Of a stretch of 46,487 nt of DNA, positions 10,323 through 20,658 are shown piece by piece. Both the position numbers and the translations under genes were made by a program. Source of the DNA: Fidelibacterota bacterium. Its GTDB lineage: Bacteria; Fidelibacterota; Marinisomatia; Marinisomatales; Marinisomataceae. Within the stretch, counting starts at the first letter, position 1. Each line of letters opens with the position of its first letter. The stretch is taken from positions 1-46,487 of the forward strand of contig JABHGE010000014.1 of NCBI GenBank assembly GCA_018672235.1. Reading direction: 5' to 3'. The notes beneath the pieces were generated by a model that worked only from the letters and a program-made list of their open reading frames with translations, searched no databases and was not told the DNA's origin.

Positions 10323-12236
10323 ATGGGAAAAATAATTGGAATTGATTTAGGTACAACAAACTCTTGTGTAGCAGTAATGGAAGGTGGAGAACCTACTGTC
10401 ATTACTAGTCCTGAAGGTGGAAGAACTACACCATCCGTGGTAGGTTTTACAAAAGAAGGAGATCGTTTAGTAGGTGATCCCGCAAAACGCCAAGCTGTAA
10501 CTAACCCAAGTAACACTATTTATTCAATTAAAAGATTTATGGGAAGAACTCCCGCTGAAATCAAAAAAGATATCGCGGAAGTCCCTTATAAGGTTGCCAT
10601 AGATGGTGCGAAAGTTAATATAGAGGCCAATGGTAAGAAATATCAACCACAAGAAATAAGCGCTATGATTTTACAAAAAATGAAAAAGATGGCTGAAGAA
10701 CATCTTGGAACCGAGGTGACTGATGCTGTTATTACTGTACCTGCGTATTTCAACGATTCTCAACGAAAAGCAACAAAAGATGCTGGAAAAATTGCTGGTT
10801 TAAACGTTAAAAGAATTATAAATGAGCCAACAGCGGCATCATTAGCTTATGCAAAAGATAAGAAGAAAGATGAAAAAGTAGCTGTATTTGATTTGGGTGG
10901 CGGAACTTTCGATATATCAATTCTAGATATTTTAGATGATGAAGGTTTAACGATAGAAGTAAATGCGAGTAATGGTGATGGAAAATTAGGTGGGGATGAC
11001 TTTGACCAAAAAGTTGTTGATTGGTTAGCCGAAGAGTTCAAAAAGAACGAAAGTATCGATCTAAGAAAAGATCCAATGGCTTTACAAAGACTTAAAGAAG
11101 CCGCAGAGAATGCTAAAAAAGAACTTTCTACATCAAAACAAACAGAAATTAGTCTACCATTTATTACCGCAGATGCTTCAGGTCCAAAGCATTTAAATAT
11201 TACTTTAACACGAGCTACGTTTGAAGAATTAATAAGAGATCTAGTTGAGAAAGTGGTCGGTCCATGTAAGCAGGCTTTAAAAGATGCTAAGCTTTCAGCT
11301 AAAGACATTAAAGAAGTAATTTTAGTTGGTGGTTCAACAAGAATCCCAGCAGTTCAAGGCAAAGTAAAAGAAATATTTGGTAAAGAGCCTAATAAAAGTG
11401 TTAATCCAGATGAAGTGGTAGCACGTGGAGCAGCAATTCAGGCTGGAATATTAGGTGGTGATGTTGATGATGTACTATTATTGGATGTCACTCCATTGAC
11501 TCTTGGTATTGAAACTATGGGCGGTATTGCAACACCGTTGATTGAAAAAAACACAACAATACCAACACAAAAATCTCAAGTCTTTAGTACTGCAGCAGAC
11601 AATCAGCCAATGGTTGATATCGTTGTTGTTCAAGGAGAAAGGCAGTTAGCCATAGATAATAAAAAACTTGGAAATTTTAATTTAGATGGAATTCCTCCAG
11701 CTCCGCGCGGTACACCACAAATTGAAGTTACATTTGACATGGATGCAGATGGTATCTTACATGTTAAGGCTATAGATAAGGCTACAGCTAAAGAGCAGAG
11801 TATTGTAATCAAAGCTCAAAGCGGACTAACAGATCAAGAAATTGAAAAGATGCTTAGCGATGCTAAAAAACATGAAGCTGAAGACAATGTTAAAAAAGAA
11901 GAGATTGAAACTAAAAATCAAGGAGAGCAATTAGTTTATCAGACAGAAAAACAAATGAAAGATCTAGATGATAAATTAAGTGAAGATGATAAAAAAGATC
12001 TCAATGAATCTTTAGATAAGCTAAAAGCGGCTAATACATCAGGCAATACTGATGATATCAAGACAGAAATAGAAAGCTTAAATTCTGTTTGGAGCACTAA
12101 ATCTGCTGCGATGTATGCAAATTCCAGAGAAGGACAAGAACCTCCTATGCAAGAAGCACCAAATCCTGAATCTTCATCTGAAAAGAAAGATGAAAGAAAG
12201 ATCGAGGATGCAGATTTTGAAGTTGTGGAAGATTAG
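10323..12236 (+). CDS. dnaK: Molecular chaperone DnaK
   Basis: [25 protein letters not shown] and terminal DADFEVV motifs. AGGAG RBS. Confidence 0.98.
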   Translation: MGKIIGIDLGTTNSCVAVMEGGEPTVITSPEGGRTTPSVVGFTKEGDRLVGDPAKRQAVTNPSNTIYSIKRFMGRTPAEIKKDIAEVPYKVAIDGAKVNIEANGKKYQPQEISAMILQKMKKMAEEHLGTEVTDAVITVPAYFNDSQRKATKDAGKIAGLNVKRIINEPTAASLAYAKDKKKDEKVAVFDLGGGTFDISILDILDDEGLTIEVNASNGDGKLGGDDFDQKVVDWLAEEFKKNESIDLRKDPMALQRLKEAAENAKKELSTSKQTEISLPFITADASGPKHLNITLTRATFEELIRDLVEKVVGPCKQALKDAKLSAKDIKEVILVGGSTRIPAVQGKVKEIFGKEPNKSVNPDEVVARGAAIQAGILGGDVDDVLLLDVTPLTLGIETMGGIATPLIEKNTTIPTQKSQVFSTAADNQPMVDIVVVQGERQLAIDNKKLGNFNLDGIPPAPRGTPQIEVTFDMDADGILHVKAIDKATAKEQSIVIKAQSGLTDQEIEKMLSDAKKHEAEDNVKKEEIETKNQGEQLVYQTEKQMKDLDDKLSEDDKKDLNESLDKLKAANTSGNTDDIKTEIESLNSVWSTKSAAMYANSREGQEPPMQEAPNPESSSEKKDERKIEDADFEVVED

Positions 12237-12281
12237 ATTTTAGATTTTTTATTAGGCTATTAATAGTTAGTTTTTGAACAA

Positions 12282-13481
12282 ATGAATAGCCTAATAAGAA
12301 AAATACTTAAAACATTTTTTAGTATAATAATTACTTTCTTTCTTTTTATAATTATTATCAGTATTTCTCTTTATATATATATAGGAAAAGGACTTGAGTT
12401 TAAAATTAACAAGTCAAATTCTGCTGTCGCTTCTTTATCGGAGCAGTATAATATCGACTTTGATACATCTTCAACTATTAATCTTATTGCTGATACCGAT
12501 AGAGTTGATGTATATCTATTATTAAAAAATCTTACCATTGATAAAAATAATGATAGTTTTATAGATGCAAGTAATGCCTCTATAAGAACTAGTTTTTCTT
12601 ATACTAATATTATGTTATTAGGCAGTAATTTTTTCAATACAGAAAAAATACTTTACTCTTCAATTGGTAGTATAAACATTCATTTCAATGAACCTGTTTT
12701 AAATATAAAGAATTTCAATAGTTCTGATAATAATAGCTCATCAGTGAGTGGTCAATTTTTTCCGCTCAGTATTAAAGTAGACAATGGAGTATTATTTGAT
12801 GGAGATATAGAAATAGGGAATTTTTCTATGACATTAGACATGAATCAATTCGAGGATAAATCTGATATTCAGAGTTATTCTATCGACTTAGAATCCCATG
12901 AAGATTTTCCAGCTTATTATATAGGTAAATTTTTTGAAGAAATAACTTCGCTACAAGATGAAAATGAATCAGTTTATTTTGATATAAATATTAAAGATAA
13001 AGAGGCTTCAAGTTCTAAAAATACTCAAGTATTAAATGGTATATTACGAGTAAGAGATACCAAGATGGACCTAGAAAGATTCCCAGTAGAATTAAAGCCA
13101 GAATCTATTAGAAATTTGAGCTTAGATCTTAATATTATTGATAATATAGGTCAGGTTAATCTCTTGGGTTCTGTTACCAACCCCAAAGTAAGATTAAAAC
13201 TCCAAAAAGAACCGAACCTACAGATTGCAGGATCTATTGATTTTCAAGAAATATCGGAACCATATTTAAATTTAATAGTAAATGGAACAGATATATTTTT
13301 TGCTAAAGAAGAAAATGTCAATCTTAATGGCATAACAGATTTAAGGGTCTCAATCTCTGGAAAAAATGTATTAGATTTAATCGGAGAGCTAAATATAAAA
13401 AAAAGTCATGGGTTTTTAGTGCCATTAACAAATAGTACATTTGAAACTCAACATATTATAAAGAAGGAAGATGATGAATAA
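12282..13481 (+). CDS. N-terminally anchored beta-rich protein, possibly AsmA/TamB-like
   Basis: Single N-terminal TM helix followed by an alternating hydrophobic beta-strand pattern. Family call is tentative. Confidence 0.45.
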   Translation: MNSLIRKILKTFFSIIITFFLFIIIISISLYIYIGKGLEFKINKSNSAVASLSEQYNIDFDTSSTINLIADTDRVDVYLLLKNLTIDKNNDSFIDASNASIRTSFSYTNIMLLGSNFFNTEKILYSSIGSINIHFNEPVLNIKNFNSSDNNSSSVSGQFFPLSIKVDNGVLFDGDIEIGNFSMTLDMNQFEDKSDIQSYSIDLESHEDFPAYYIGKFFEEITSLQDENESVYFDINIKDKEASSSKNTQVLNGILRVRDTKMDLERFPVELKPESIRNLSLDLNIIDNIGQVNLLGSVTNPKVRLKLQKEPNLQIAGSIDFQEISEPYLNLIVNGTDIFFAKEENVNLNGITDLRVSISGKNVLDLIGELNIKKSHGFLVPLTNSTFETQHIIKKEDDE

Positions 13482-14469
13482 GGATGCACTAGATCAACTG
13501 AATGCAAAAATTGCAAAGAAATCAATATTTATTAAGGACTTAAAAGAGGGAATTGGAAAAGTTATCGTTGGTCAGGATGAGCTCATAGATAAAATTCTAA
13601 TATCTGTTATATCTAATGGACATATTTTATTAGAAGGAGTACCTGGCTTAGCTAAAACCTTAACTATCAATACTGTAGCCAACTTAATTAATGCTGAATT
13701 TAAAAGAATTCAATTTACTCCAGATATGCTACCAGCTGACTTACTTGGAACTTTAATATATAACCAGAAGACTGGTAATTTCATCACAAAGAAAGGACCT
13801 ATCTTTTCTAATATTATTCTTGCAGATGAGATTAATAGAGCTCCTTCTAAAGTTCAAAGCGCTTTGCTTGAAGCAATGCAAGAAAGACAAATTACGATCG
13901 GCGAAGAAACCTTTAAGCTTGATTTACCTTTTCTTGTTTTAGCTACACAAAATCCTATTGATCAAGAAGGAACATATCCGTTACCTGAAGCCCAAGTAGA
14001 TCGTTTTATGTTAAAAGTCATTGTTGATTATCCGTCGATGGAGGAAGAGAAAGAAATTTTATCTAGAGTAGCAAAAACTAACATAGATACAAAACAACAA
14101 TCCGTAGTAAACTCTAAAACTATATTAGAAGCCCAAGCGCTTATTAATGATATTTACATTGCACCTAAAATTTTAGATTATATCTTAAATATTGTATTTG
14201 CTACAAGAAATCCTGAGCAATTTAAGTTAGGTCAACTAAAAGACTTAATTAGTTTCGGAGCCTCGCCTAGAGCTTCTATTAATTTAGTATTAGCAGCTAA
14301 GGCAAAAGCATTTATCGATGGAAGAGGATATGTTATTCCAGAAGATGTAAGATATATAGGAAAAGATGTCCTAAGACATAGAATGCTACTATCTTATGAA
14401 GCTGAAGCAGAAGAAATCACATCAGAAGAATTAATTGATCAATTATTTAAAGAAATTCCTGTTCCATAA
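13471..14469 (+). CDS. moxR: MoxR-family AAA+ ATPase
   Basis: GVPGLAKT, RIQFTPDMLP, ADEINRA and TQNPIDQEGTYPLPEAQ motifs. Confidence 0.93.
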   Translation: MMNKDALDQLNAKIAKKSIFIKDLKEGIGKVIVGQDELIDKILISVISNGHILLEGVPGLAKTLTINTVANLINAEFKRIQFTPDMLPADLLGTLIYNQKTGNFITKKGPIFSNIILADEINRAPSKVQSALLEAMQERQITIGEETFKLDLPFLVLATQNPIDQEGTYPLPEAQVDRFMLKVIVDYPSMEEEKEILSRVAKTNIDTKQQSVVNSKTILEAQALINDIYIAPKILDYILNIVFATRNPEQFKLGQLKDLISFGASPRASINLVLAAKAKAFIDGRGYVIPEDVRYIGKDVLRHRMLLSYEAEAEEITSEELIDQLFKEIPVP

Positions 14470-14478
14470 TTTTAACTC

Positions 14479-15357
14479 ATGTCTAAAGAGATACTAAAAA
14501 AAGTTCGACAAATAGAAATCAGAACCAAAAATATTGTAAATGATTTTTTTGGAGGAGATTATCATTCTAATTTTAAGGGTCGTGGAATGACTTTTTCTGA
14601 AGTAAGAGAATATCAATATGGAGATGATATTAGATTTATTGATTGGAATGTTACGGCGAAAACGGGTAAGCCTCATATTAAAGTTTTTGAAGAAGAAAGA
14701 GAGCTTTCAGTCTTACTTCTTATTGATGTTAGCAGCTCTGGTGTCTTTGGATCTAAGAGTAGGCTAAAAATTGATTTAGGGATTGAAATTGCAGCAATGT
14801 TGGGCTTTTCTGCTATAAAAAATAATGATAAGGTTGGATTGATTTTATTTAGTGATGATATCGTAAAGTATATACCTCCGAAGAAGGGAAAATCTCATGT
14901 ATTGCGCTTAATCACCGATCTAGTAAATCATAATTATGACAAGAATCAAAATCAGACATCAATTAAAAAAGCGCTTGAATTTGCAAGTAAAATATCTAAA
15001 AGAAAAAATGTAATGTTTGTGATCTCAGATTTTATAGATGAAAATTTTTGGACAGAAATGAAATATTTAAATTTTAACCATGATGTAATAGGGGTTCAAA
15101 TATATGATATTTTTGAAAAAGAATTTCCAGATTTAGGTCTAATTCAAGTTCACAATTCGGAATCAAATCAAAGAGTTTGGATTGATACATCTAATAAAAA
15201 AATAAGAGATAATTTTTCAAAAGATTCTTCTGAAAGGTTAAATACTTTTGCACAAAAATGTAAGAATATTGGATTTGATTTAATACAAGTAGGGACAAAT
15301 GAAGACTATGTTAAATCACTAACTCGTTTCTTTAAAAGAAGAGCTAAGCGTACTTAA
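14479..15357 (+). CDS. DUF58 domain protein
   Basis: GMTFSEVREYQYGDDIRFIDWNVTA motif. Follows moxR. Confidence 0.92.
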   Translation: MSKEILKKVRQIEIRTKNIVNDFFGGDYHSNFKGRGMTFSEVREYQYGDDIRFIDWNVTAKTGKPHIKVFEEERELSVLLLIDVSSSGVFGSKSRLKIDLGIEIAAMLGFSAIKNNDKVGLILFSDDIVKYIPPKKGKSHVLRLITDLVNHNYDKNQNQTSIKKALEFASKISKRKNVMFVISDFIDENFWTEMKYLNFNHDVIGVQIYDIFEKEFPDLGLIQVHNSESNQRVWIDTSNKKIRDNFSKDSSERLNTFAQKCKNIGFDLIQVGTNEDYVKSLTRFFKRRAKRT

Positions 15358-15360
15358 TTC

Positions 15361-16230
15361 ATGTTGAGAGTTATTATAATTCTATTTTTTTCGTTCTCTA
15401 GCTGTACGAAGAATTCGAATGAAGTAATTTTAACCTATAATACAGATATTCAAAAAACTCAGATTGGATATCCTGTAAATCTTGATATTAAATTAAATAA
15501 TCTTGATGAATATTATTCTATTCAAGAAATGACATGGTCTGACTCTCTATTATGGGCAGCTGATTCTTCAAAAGTATTAATTAAAAATTCAAAAATAGAT
15601 ACTCTAGACCAGTCTTTATCTATTGGTTTTGAGATAACATTTTGGGATACAGGTAAAGCTGCTATACCACCATATTTTTTTAGTATTAATTTCCCAGATT
15701 CGACAGGTTCAACCATATTTGCTACAGATTCTATACATATAGAAATTGAATCAGTTATTGACAGTAATTTTGTTAATATTCAAAAAGATAAACCTATAAA
15801 AAAAATTAAATTACCTTACGATAAATATAGAATATTTCTAATATGTCTTATATTATTTTTGATAGTTTTTATATTTTATCTTTGGAGAAAAAGAGGTCAA
15901 GATAATCCTTTAAAAAATATCCAGTTTTTTAATAAAAATCCAAAAAAAGATTCAGTTAAAAAATTAAACAGGTTAAAATTTAAGGATATGTCTTCTGATA
16001 TATTTTATAATAAGCTATCTATAATTCTAAAGGAATATCTTGAAAATGAATACTATATTATTTCATTTGAAATGACTTCTTCTGAGTTGAGAAAGTTTTT
16101 TGATGACAAAGATTTAATAGCTTTATTAGAAAAAATTGATTCTGTAAAATTTGCAAATAAAGAGTATAATAATATTGAAAAAAAATATGATTTAGAATTA
16201 GCAAAAAAAATTGTAAGAAAACTATTATAA
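15361..16230 (+). CDS. Bat-operon-associated membrane protein
   Basis: Signal/lipoprotein-like N-terminus, ITFWDTG..IP motif, internal TM helix and LKEYLE..EMTSSE motif, as in the third gene of moxR-DUF58 operons. Confidence 0.6.
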   Translation: MLRVIIILFFSFSSCTKNSNEVILTYNTDIQKTQIGYPVNLDIKLNNLDEYYSIQEMTWSDSLLWAADSSKVLIKNSKIDTLDQSLSIGFEITFWDTGKAAIPPYFFSINFPDSTGSTIFATDSIHIEIESVIDSNFVNIQKDKPIKKIKLPYDKYRIFLICLILFLIVFIFYLWRKRGQDNPLKNIQFFNKNPKKDSVKKLNRLKFKDMSSDIFYNKLSIILKEYLENEYYIISFEMTSSELRKFFDDKDLIALLEKIDSVKFANKEYNNIEKKYDLELAKKIVRKLL

Positions 16231-16257
16231 AGAGATTAAATAAATTAAGTTCTTACC

Positions 16258-16821
16258 ATGAGCACAACATCAGATATAAAAAATGGATCTATAGTAAGGT
16301 TTAAAAATGCAAGAATGAAGATTGTAGAATTTCAGCATGTAAAGCCAGGAAAAGGACCAGCATTTGTTAGAACAAAATTGAAAGATATTAAGTCTGGAAA
16401 AGTGATTGATCAAACTTTTAATGCGGGAGTTAAATTAGAATTTATTAAAGTGACTTCAAGTCAATTTCAATACCTGTATAAAGATGCTAGTAGTTATGTA
16501 TTTATGCATAATCAAACCTTTAATCAAGTTGAAGTATCTGAATTATTAATGCAAGATGCCCATCACTATATTAAAGAAGGAGACAATCTTGATCTTGTTT
16601 TTGATGGCGATGAAATTATTAATATGAATCTTCCTGCAAAAGTAATTCTTGCGGTTGCACAAACAGATCCTGGACATAGAGGTAATACGGCTACTAACGC
16701 ATCAAAGCCTGCTAAAATGGAAACAGGTCTTGAGATTCAAGTTCCGTTATTTATTAATGAAGGTGACTTATTAAAGATTGATACAAAGTCAGGTACTTAC
16801 TCTGAAAGAGTAAAGCAATAG
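16258..16821 (+). CDS. efp: Elongation factor P
   Basis: HVKPGKGPAFVR and VPLFINEGD motifs. Confidence 0.97.
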   Translation: MSTTSDIKNGSIVRFKNARMKIVEFQHVKPGKGPAFVRTKLKDIKSGKVIDQTFNAGVKLEFIKVTSSQFQYLYKDASSYVFMHNQTFNQVEVSELLMQDAHHYIKEGDNLDLVFDGDEIINMNLPAKVILAVAQTDPGHRGNTATNASKPAKMETGLEIQVPLFINEGDLLKIDTKSGTYSERVKQ

Positions 16822-16825
16822 TGTT

Positions 16826-17293
16826 ATGTGGAAAGACAAGCTAAAAGAAGTTATATATATACTAGAGAATAGCGATATAAATGAAATAGAAATCAGATTT
16901 TGGTTTAGAAAAATAAAAGTCACTAAAAGCCCTCCAATTATTAGTTCTGATTTTAGTAATATAGTATCAGATACAACTACCTCTATCGCAGAAAATCCGA
17001 GCATAGTTGTTGAAAAACAAGAAGATATTAATCCAGTGGTAGATGCAAACACCTTTACTGTACGCTCGCCTATGCCTGGAACATTTTACTCATCTCCAGA
17101 TCCAGATTCTGAATCATTTGTTCAAATAAATGGCTCAGTTAATGAGGGAGATACTATTTGTATTGTAGAAGCAATGAAAATTATGAATGAAATTCAATGC
17201 GAAAGAAATGGAATCGTCAAAGAAATACTTGTTGAAGATGGTAATCCAGTTGAATTTGATCAACCATTATTTATCTTAAGTTGCTCCGAATAA
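16826..17293 (+). CDS. accB: Acetyl-CoA carboxylase biotin carboxyl carrier protein
   Basis: SPMPGTFY and EAMKIMNEI biotinylation motif. Confidence 0.95.
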   Translation: MWKDKLKEVIYILENSDINEIEIRFWFRKIKVTKSPPIISSDFSNIVSDTTTSIAENPSIVVEKQEDINPVVDANTFTVRSPMPGTFYSSPDPDSESFVQINGSVNEGDTICIVEAMKIMNEIQCERNGIVKEILVEDGNPVEFDQPLFILSCSE

Positions 17294-17296
17294 AAT

Positions 17297-18685
17297 ATGT
17301 TCAAAAAAATACTCATTGCAAATAGGGGCGAGATTGCTATCAGGGTAATTCGTGCATGCAAAGAAATGGGTATTAAAACTGTGGCAGTTTATTCCAAAGC
17401 AGATGAATTTTCCTTACATATAAAATTTGCAGACGAAGCAATATGTATTGGTGCAGGTCCTCCTTTAGATAGCTATCTAAATATCCCTAGAATTATTGCT
17501 GCTGCTGAAATTTCTAACGCTGATGCAATTCATCCTGGATATGGATTTTTAGCAGAGAATGCTCAGTTTAGTGGAATCTGCGAAGAAAATGGATTTTGTT
17601 TTATTGGACCAGATTCTAAAACCATCGATTTGATGGGAGACAAAGTGAATGCTCGAAAAGTCGCAGAAGAGTCAGAGGTGCCTATTGTTCCTGGGAGTAA
17701 TGTTCTCAAATCTGTAGATGACTTACTTGAGATTGCTAATAATATTGGATATCCAGTCATGTTAAAAGCTTCTGGCGGCGGCGGCGGAAAAGGGATGCGA
17801 GTACTAAACAATGCCTCAGAATCAGAAAAAGGATTTAGTATTATACAATCCGAAGCAACTAAAGCTTTTAATAATCCTGAAATTTATGTAGAAAAATTTA
17901 TTAAAAATGGACGTCATATTGAAGTTCAAATCTTAGGAGATAAGTTTGGTAACCATGTTCATTTCGGTGAACGTGAGTGTTCAGTACAAAGGAATAATCA
18001 GAAATTGATTGAAGAGTGCCCATCTGCTTTTGTTGATGAAGATTTAAGAGAAGTCTTGACATCAAAGGCTCTAAGTTTAGCTAAAAAAGTAAGCTATGTT
18101 GGAGTTGGAACAGTTGAATTTTTAGTAGACGAAGACAAAAATTTTTATTTTATTGAAATGAATACGAGAATTCAGGTAGAGCATACTGTAACAGAAATGG
18201 TATATATGATAGATTTAGTAAAAGAGCAAATTAAAATGCATTTTGGAAAAGAAATATCTTTCAATCAAGATATGATTAAGAGTAAGGGACATTCTATCGA
18301 ATGTAGGTTAAACGCAGAAGATCCTTTTAATAATTTTATTCCTTCACCTAAAAAGATTGATTCTCTTAATTTTGCAGGCGGAATTGGCGTAAGGATTGAT
18401 TCTTATATTTATGCAGGATATCAAATACCTCCATTTTATGATTCTCTGCTTGGAAAATTAATTGTGCATTCCAATACAAGGAAAAAAGCTATTATTAAGA
18501 TGCAAAGAGCTTTAGAAGAAACTTTTATTGAAGGACCAAATACAACATTACCATTGTTAGAAATGATTTTATCAAATAATGACTTTATTAGTGGAAATTT
18601 TGACATAAATTTTTTAAGTAATTTTCTAAAAAAAATGAAAGGGGAAAAAATTGAATCATCCAAAGAATTTGATGTATACATCTGA
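17297..18685 (+). CDS. accC: Biotin carboxylase
   Basis: IANRGEIA, HPGYGFLAEN, GGGGKGM and EMNTRIQVEH motifs. Confidence 0.97.
   Translation: MFKKILIANRGEIAIRVIRACKEMGIKTVAVYSKADEFSLHIKFADEAICIGAGPPLDSYLNIPRIIAAAEISNADAIHPGYGFLAENAQFSGICEENGFCFIGPDSKTIDLMGDKVNARKVAEESEVPIVPGSNVLKSVDDLLEIANNIGYPVMLKASGGGGGKGMRVLNNASESEKGFSIIQSEATKAFNNPEIYVEKFIKNGRHIEVQILGDKFGNHVHFGERECSVQRNNQKLIEECPSAFVDEDLREVLTSKALSLAKKVSYVGVGTVEFLVDEDKNFYFIEMNTRIQVEHTVTEMVYMIDLVKEQIKMHFGKEISFNQDMIKSKGHSIECRLNAEDPFNNFIPSPKKIDSLNFAGGIGVRIDSYIYAGYQIPPFYDSLLGKLIVHSNTRKKAIIKMQRALEETFIEGPNTTLPLLEMILSNNDFISGNFDINFLSNFLKKMKGEKIESSKEFDVYI
18651..18685 (+). pseudogene. Orphaned original 5' end of gcvH (attL)
   Basis: TTG AAT CAT CCA AAG AAT TTG ATG TAT ACA TCT GA = MNHPKNLMYTS, behind AAGGGG. 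Matches the gcvH start MNHPENLMYTS at 34668. Confidence 0.9.
18652..18685 (+). repeat. attL direct repeat (34 bp)
   Basis: tgaatcatccaaagaatttgatgtatacatctga, 32/34 identical to 34669-34702. The last 14 bp are exact. Confidence 0.92.
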
Positions 18686-18760
18686 CCTTTGGACTAATTT
18701 TTTACCCTTTACAAGAAGTTGATTTCTCGACGATAAAATTCAAAAGAAACAGGTAAAAAT

Positions 18761-18787
18761 AGGGGCATTAATTTGCCCCTTTTTTTT
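18761..18787 (+). terminator. Intrinsic terminator just inside the island left end
   Basis: AGGGGCA-ttaatt-TGCCCCT followed by a T run. Confidence 0.85.
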
Positions 18788-18789
18788 AG

Positions 18790-18861
18790 AGTATTGCGAA
18801 AAGTATTTAGAGAAGAGCGAATTTTCTACTCAATACTCAACTAAATACTCTGCTAAATACT
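18790..18861. repeat. Left arm-type repeat cluster (CTAAATACT family, 12-bp period)
   Basis: Inverted copies at 18790 (degenerate) and 18802. Direct copies at 18829 (1 mismatch), 18841 and 18853. Confidence 0.8.
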
Positions 18862-18970
18862 ATTATAAACTTTTTCAGATGAAAATAATCCCTCAAATCT
18901 TATTATTACAATATTTTTTTCCCTATAACTACAAGTACATGATCACCTATGTATGCATTCAACTAAATCT

Positions 18971-19024
18971 GAATTTTCAACCTAGTTATCTCAACCTAAA
19001 CAAGATATCGAGGGGGGTAGGGTA
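18971..19024 (+). repeat. 54-bp G-rich element, copy 1
   Basis: 50/54 identical to 24500-24553. The last 36 bp (tctcaacctaaacaagatatcgaggggggtagggta) are exact. Confidence 0.9.
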
Positions 19025-19075
19025 GTGGTATATCTTACATATACATTCTAAAGTAATTTTTTGTAAATTTTTAGT

Positions 19076-20512
19076 ATGACATATTTAATTATCTACTCAC
19101 TTGTTCTTGGTTTAGCAACATACTTGTTGTTATATAAAAAAATTGGAGTTACAATTTTTGGAGCAAGTTCAACTGTTGGTTTACTTTTGATAATTCTTTT
19201 GCCAATTCTAATTGAAAATGATGTATTTTCATCATCTGATTCAGGTTCGTCACCAACATTTGATAAAACCAAATTAGACAACTATTTCAATTCACTAGAA
19301 GATAACAATAAATTTATGGGTAGCGTTGCCGTCTCAAAAAACGGAGAAATTATATATTTAAAATCAATCGGGTATGCTGACGTTGAGAACAACCTAAAAG
19401 CAACTAAAGAAACTAAATACCGAATTGGTTCAATTTCTAAATCATTTACAGCAGTTTTAGTATTAAAAGCAGTTGAAAAGAAAAAGTTAGAATTTGATCA
19501 AACTATTGACAAATGGTTTCCTACAATAACAAACTCAAAGAAAATAACCGTAAAACAATTGCTTAACCATAGAAGTGGAATACACAACTTTACAAGTGAT
19601 TCTGAATACTTAATGTGGAACACACAGCCAAAGACTGAAAAAGAAATGGTTGAAATAATTAAAAGAGGTGGCAGCGATTTTATACCAGACAGCAAAGCAG
19701 AATACAGCAATTCAAATTATGTACTGTTGACATACATTCTTGAAAAGACTTTTATAAAATCGTATTCGGAATTGTTGCAAGAACACATTGCTCAACCAAT
19801 TGGTTTGACAAACACTTATGTTTTTGGCAAAATCAATACAAGCAATAACGAATGTAAATCATACAAATTTGTTGTTTCCTGGAAAGAAGAACACGAAACA
19901 GACTTTACAATTCCGTTAGGTGCAGGTGCTATTACTTCTACAACAAGCGACTTGACAAAATTTGCTGACGCTTTGTTTGGTGGACAACTTTTGACTGCTG
20001 AAAGTCTTGAAATAATGAAAACCGTTCAAGAAGGTTACGGAAATGGGTTGCTTCAAATTCCTTTTTACAATAGTGTTGGCTTCGGCCACACAGGCGGAAT
20101 AGACGGTTTTAGTTCTGTATATTCTCACTTCCCTGACGACAATATTTCGTATGCTTTAACTTCAAACGGAACAAACATAAGTAACAACGATATTTCTATT
20201 GCAGTTTTAAGTGCAGTTTACGACAAACCATACGAAATTCCAGTATTCACAACTTACAACTTGACTTCGGAAGACTTGGATAAATATTTAGGCGTTTACA
20301 CTTCTAACCAAATCCCTTTGAAAATTACAATCACAAAAGATGGAAACATTTTAATTGCACAAGGCACAGGACAACCAGCATTTCTACTTGAAGCAACAAA
20401 TAAAGACAAATTTAAGTTTGACCAACTAGGAGCAAAATTTGAATTTAATCCAACAAAAAAAACAATGATATTATTTCAAGGTGGCGGGCAAATTAAATTT
20501 ACTATAGAATAA
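19076..20512 (+). CDS. Serine hydrolase, beta-lactamase class C / D-peptidase family, with N-terminal membrane anchor
   Basis: SISK (SxxK), YSN and GHTGG motifs, LLNHRSGI, and a C-terminal beta domain. Confidence 0.9.
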   Translation: MTYLIIYSLVLGLATYLLLYKKIGVTIFGASSTVGLLLIILLPILIENDVFSSSDSGSSPTFDKTKLDNYFNSLEDNNKFMGSVAVSKNGEIIYLKSIGYADVENNLKATKETKYRIGSISKSFTAVLVLKAVEKKKLEFDQTIDKWFPTITNSKKITVKQLLNHRSGIHNFTSDSEYLMWNTQPKTEKEMVEIIKRGGSDFIPDSKAEYSNSNYVLLTYILEKTFIKSYSELLQEHIAQPIGLTNTYVFGKINTSNNECKSYKFVVSWKEEHETDFTIPLGAGAITSTTSDLTKFADALFGGQLLTAESLEIMKTVQEGYGNGLLQIPFYNSVGFGHTGGIDGFSSVYSHFPDDNISYALTSNGTNISNNDISIAVLSAVYDKPYEIPVFTTYNLTSEDLDKYLGVYTSNQIPLKITITKDGNILIAQGTGQPAFLLEATNKDKFKFDQLGAKFEFNPTKKTMILFQGGGQIKFTIE

Positions 20513-20526
20513 AAACCCTAAACCAT

Positions 20527-20553
20527 AGGCTACTTCGGTAGCCTTTGTTGTTT
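20527..20553 (+). terminator. Intrinsic terminator
   Basis: AGGCTAC-TTCG-GTAGCCT followed by TTGTTGTTT. Confidence 0.8.
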
Positions 20554-20658
20554 CCAAAACCCATCATACATTAGCAAAAACCCATAATGTTATTGGTAAA
20601 CTCATTGGTAAACAAATTAGCATTCCAGTTTTTCCATCTTTTTAACTAAATTGGTTTA

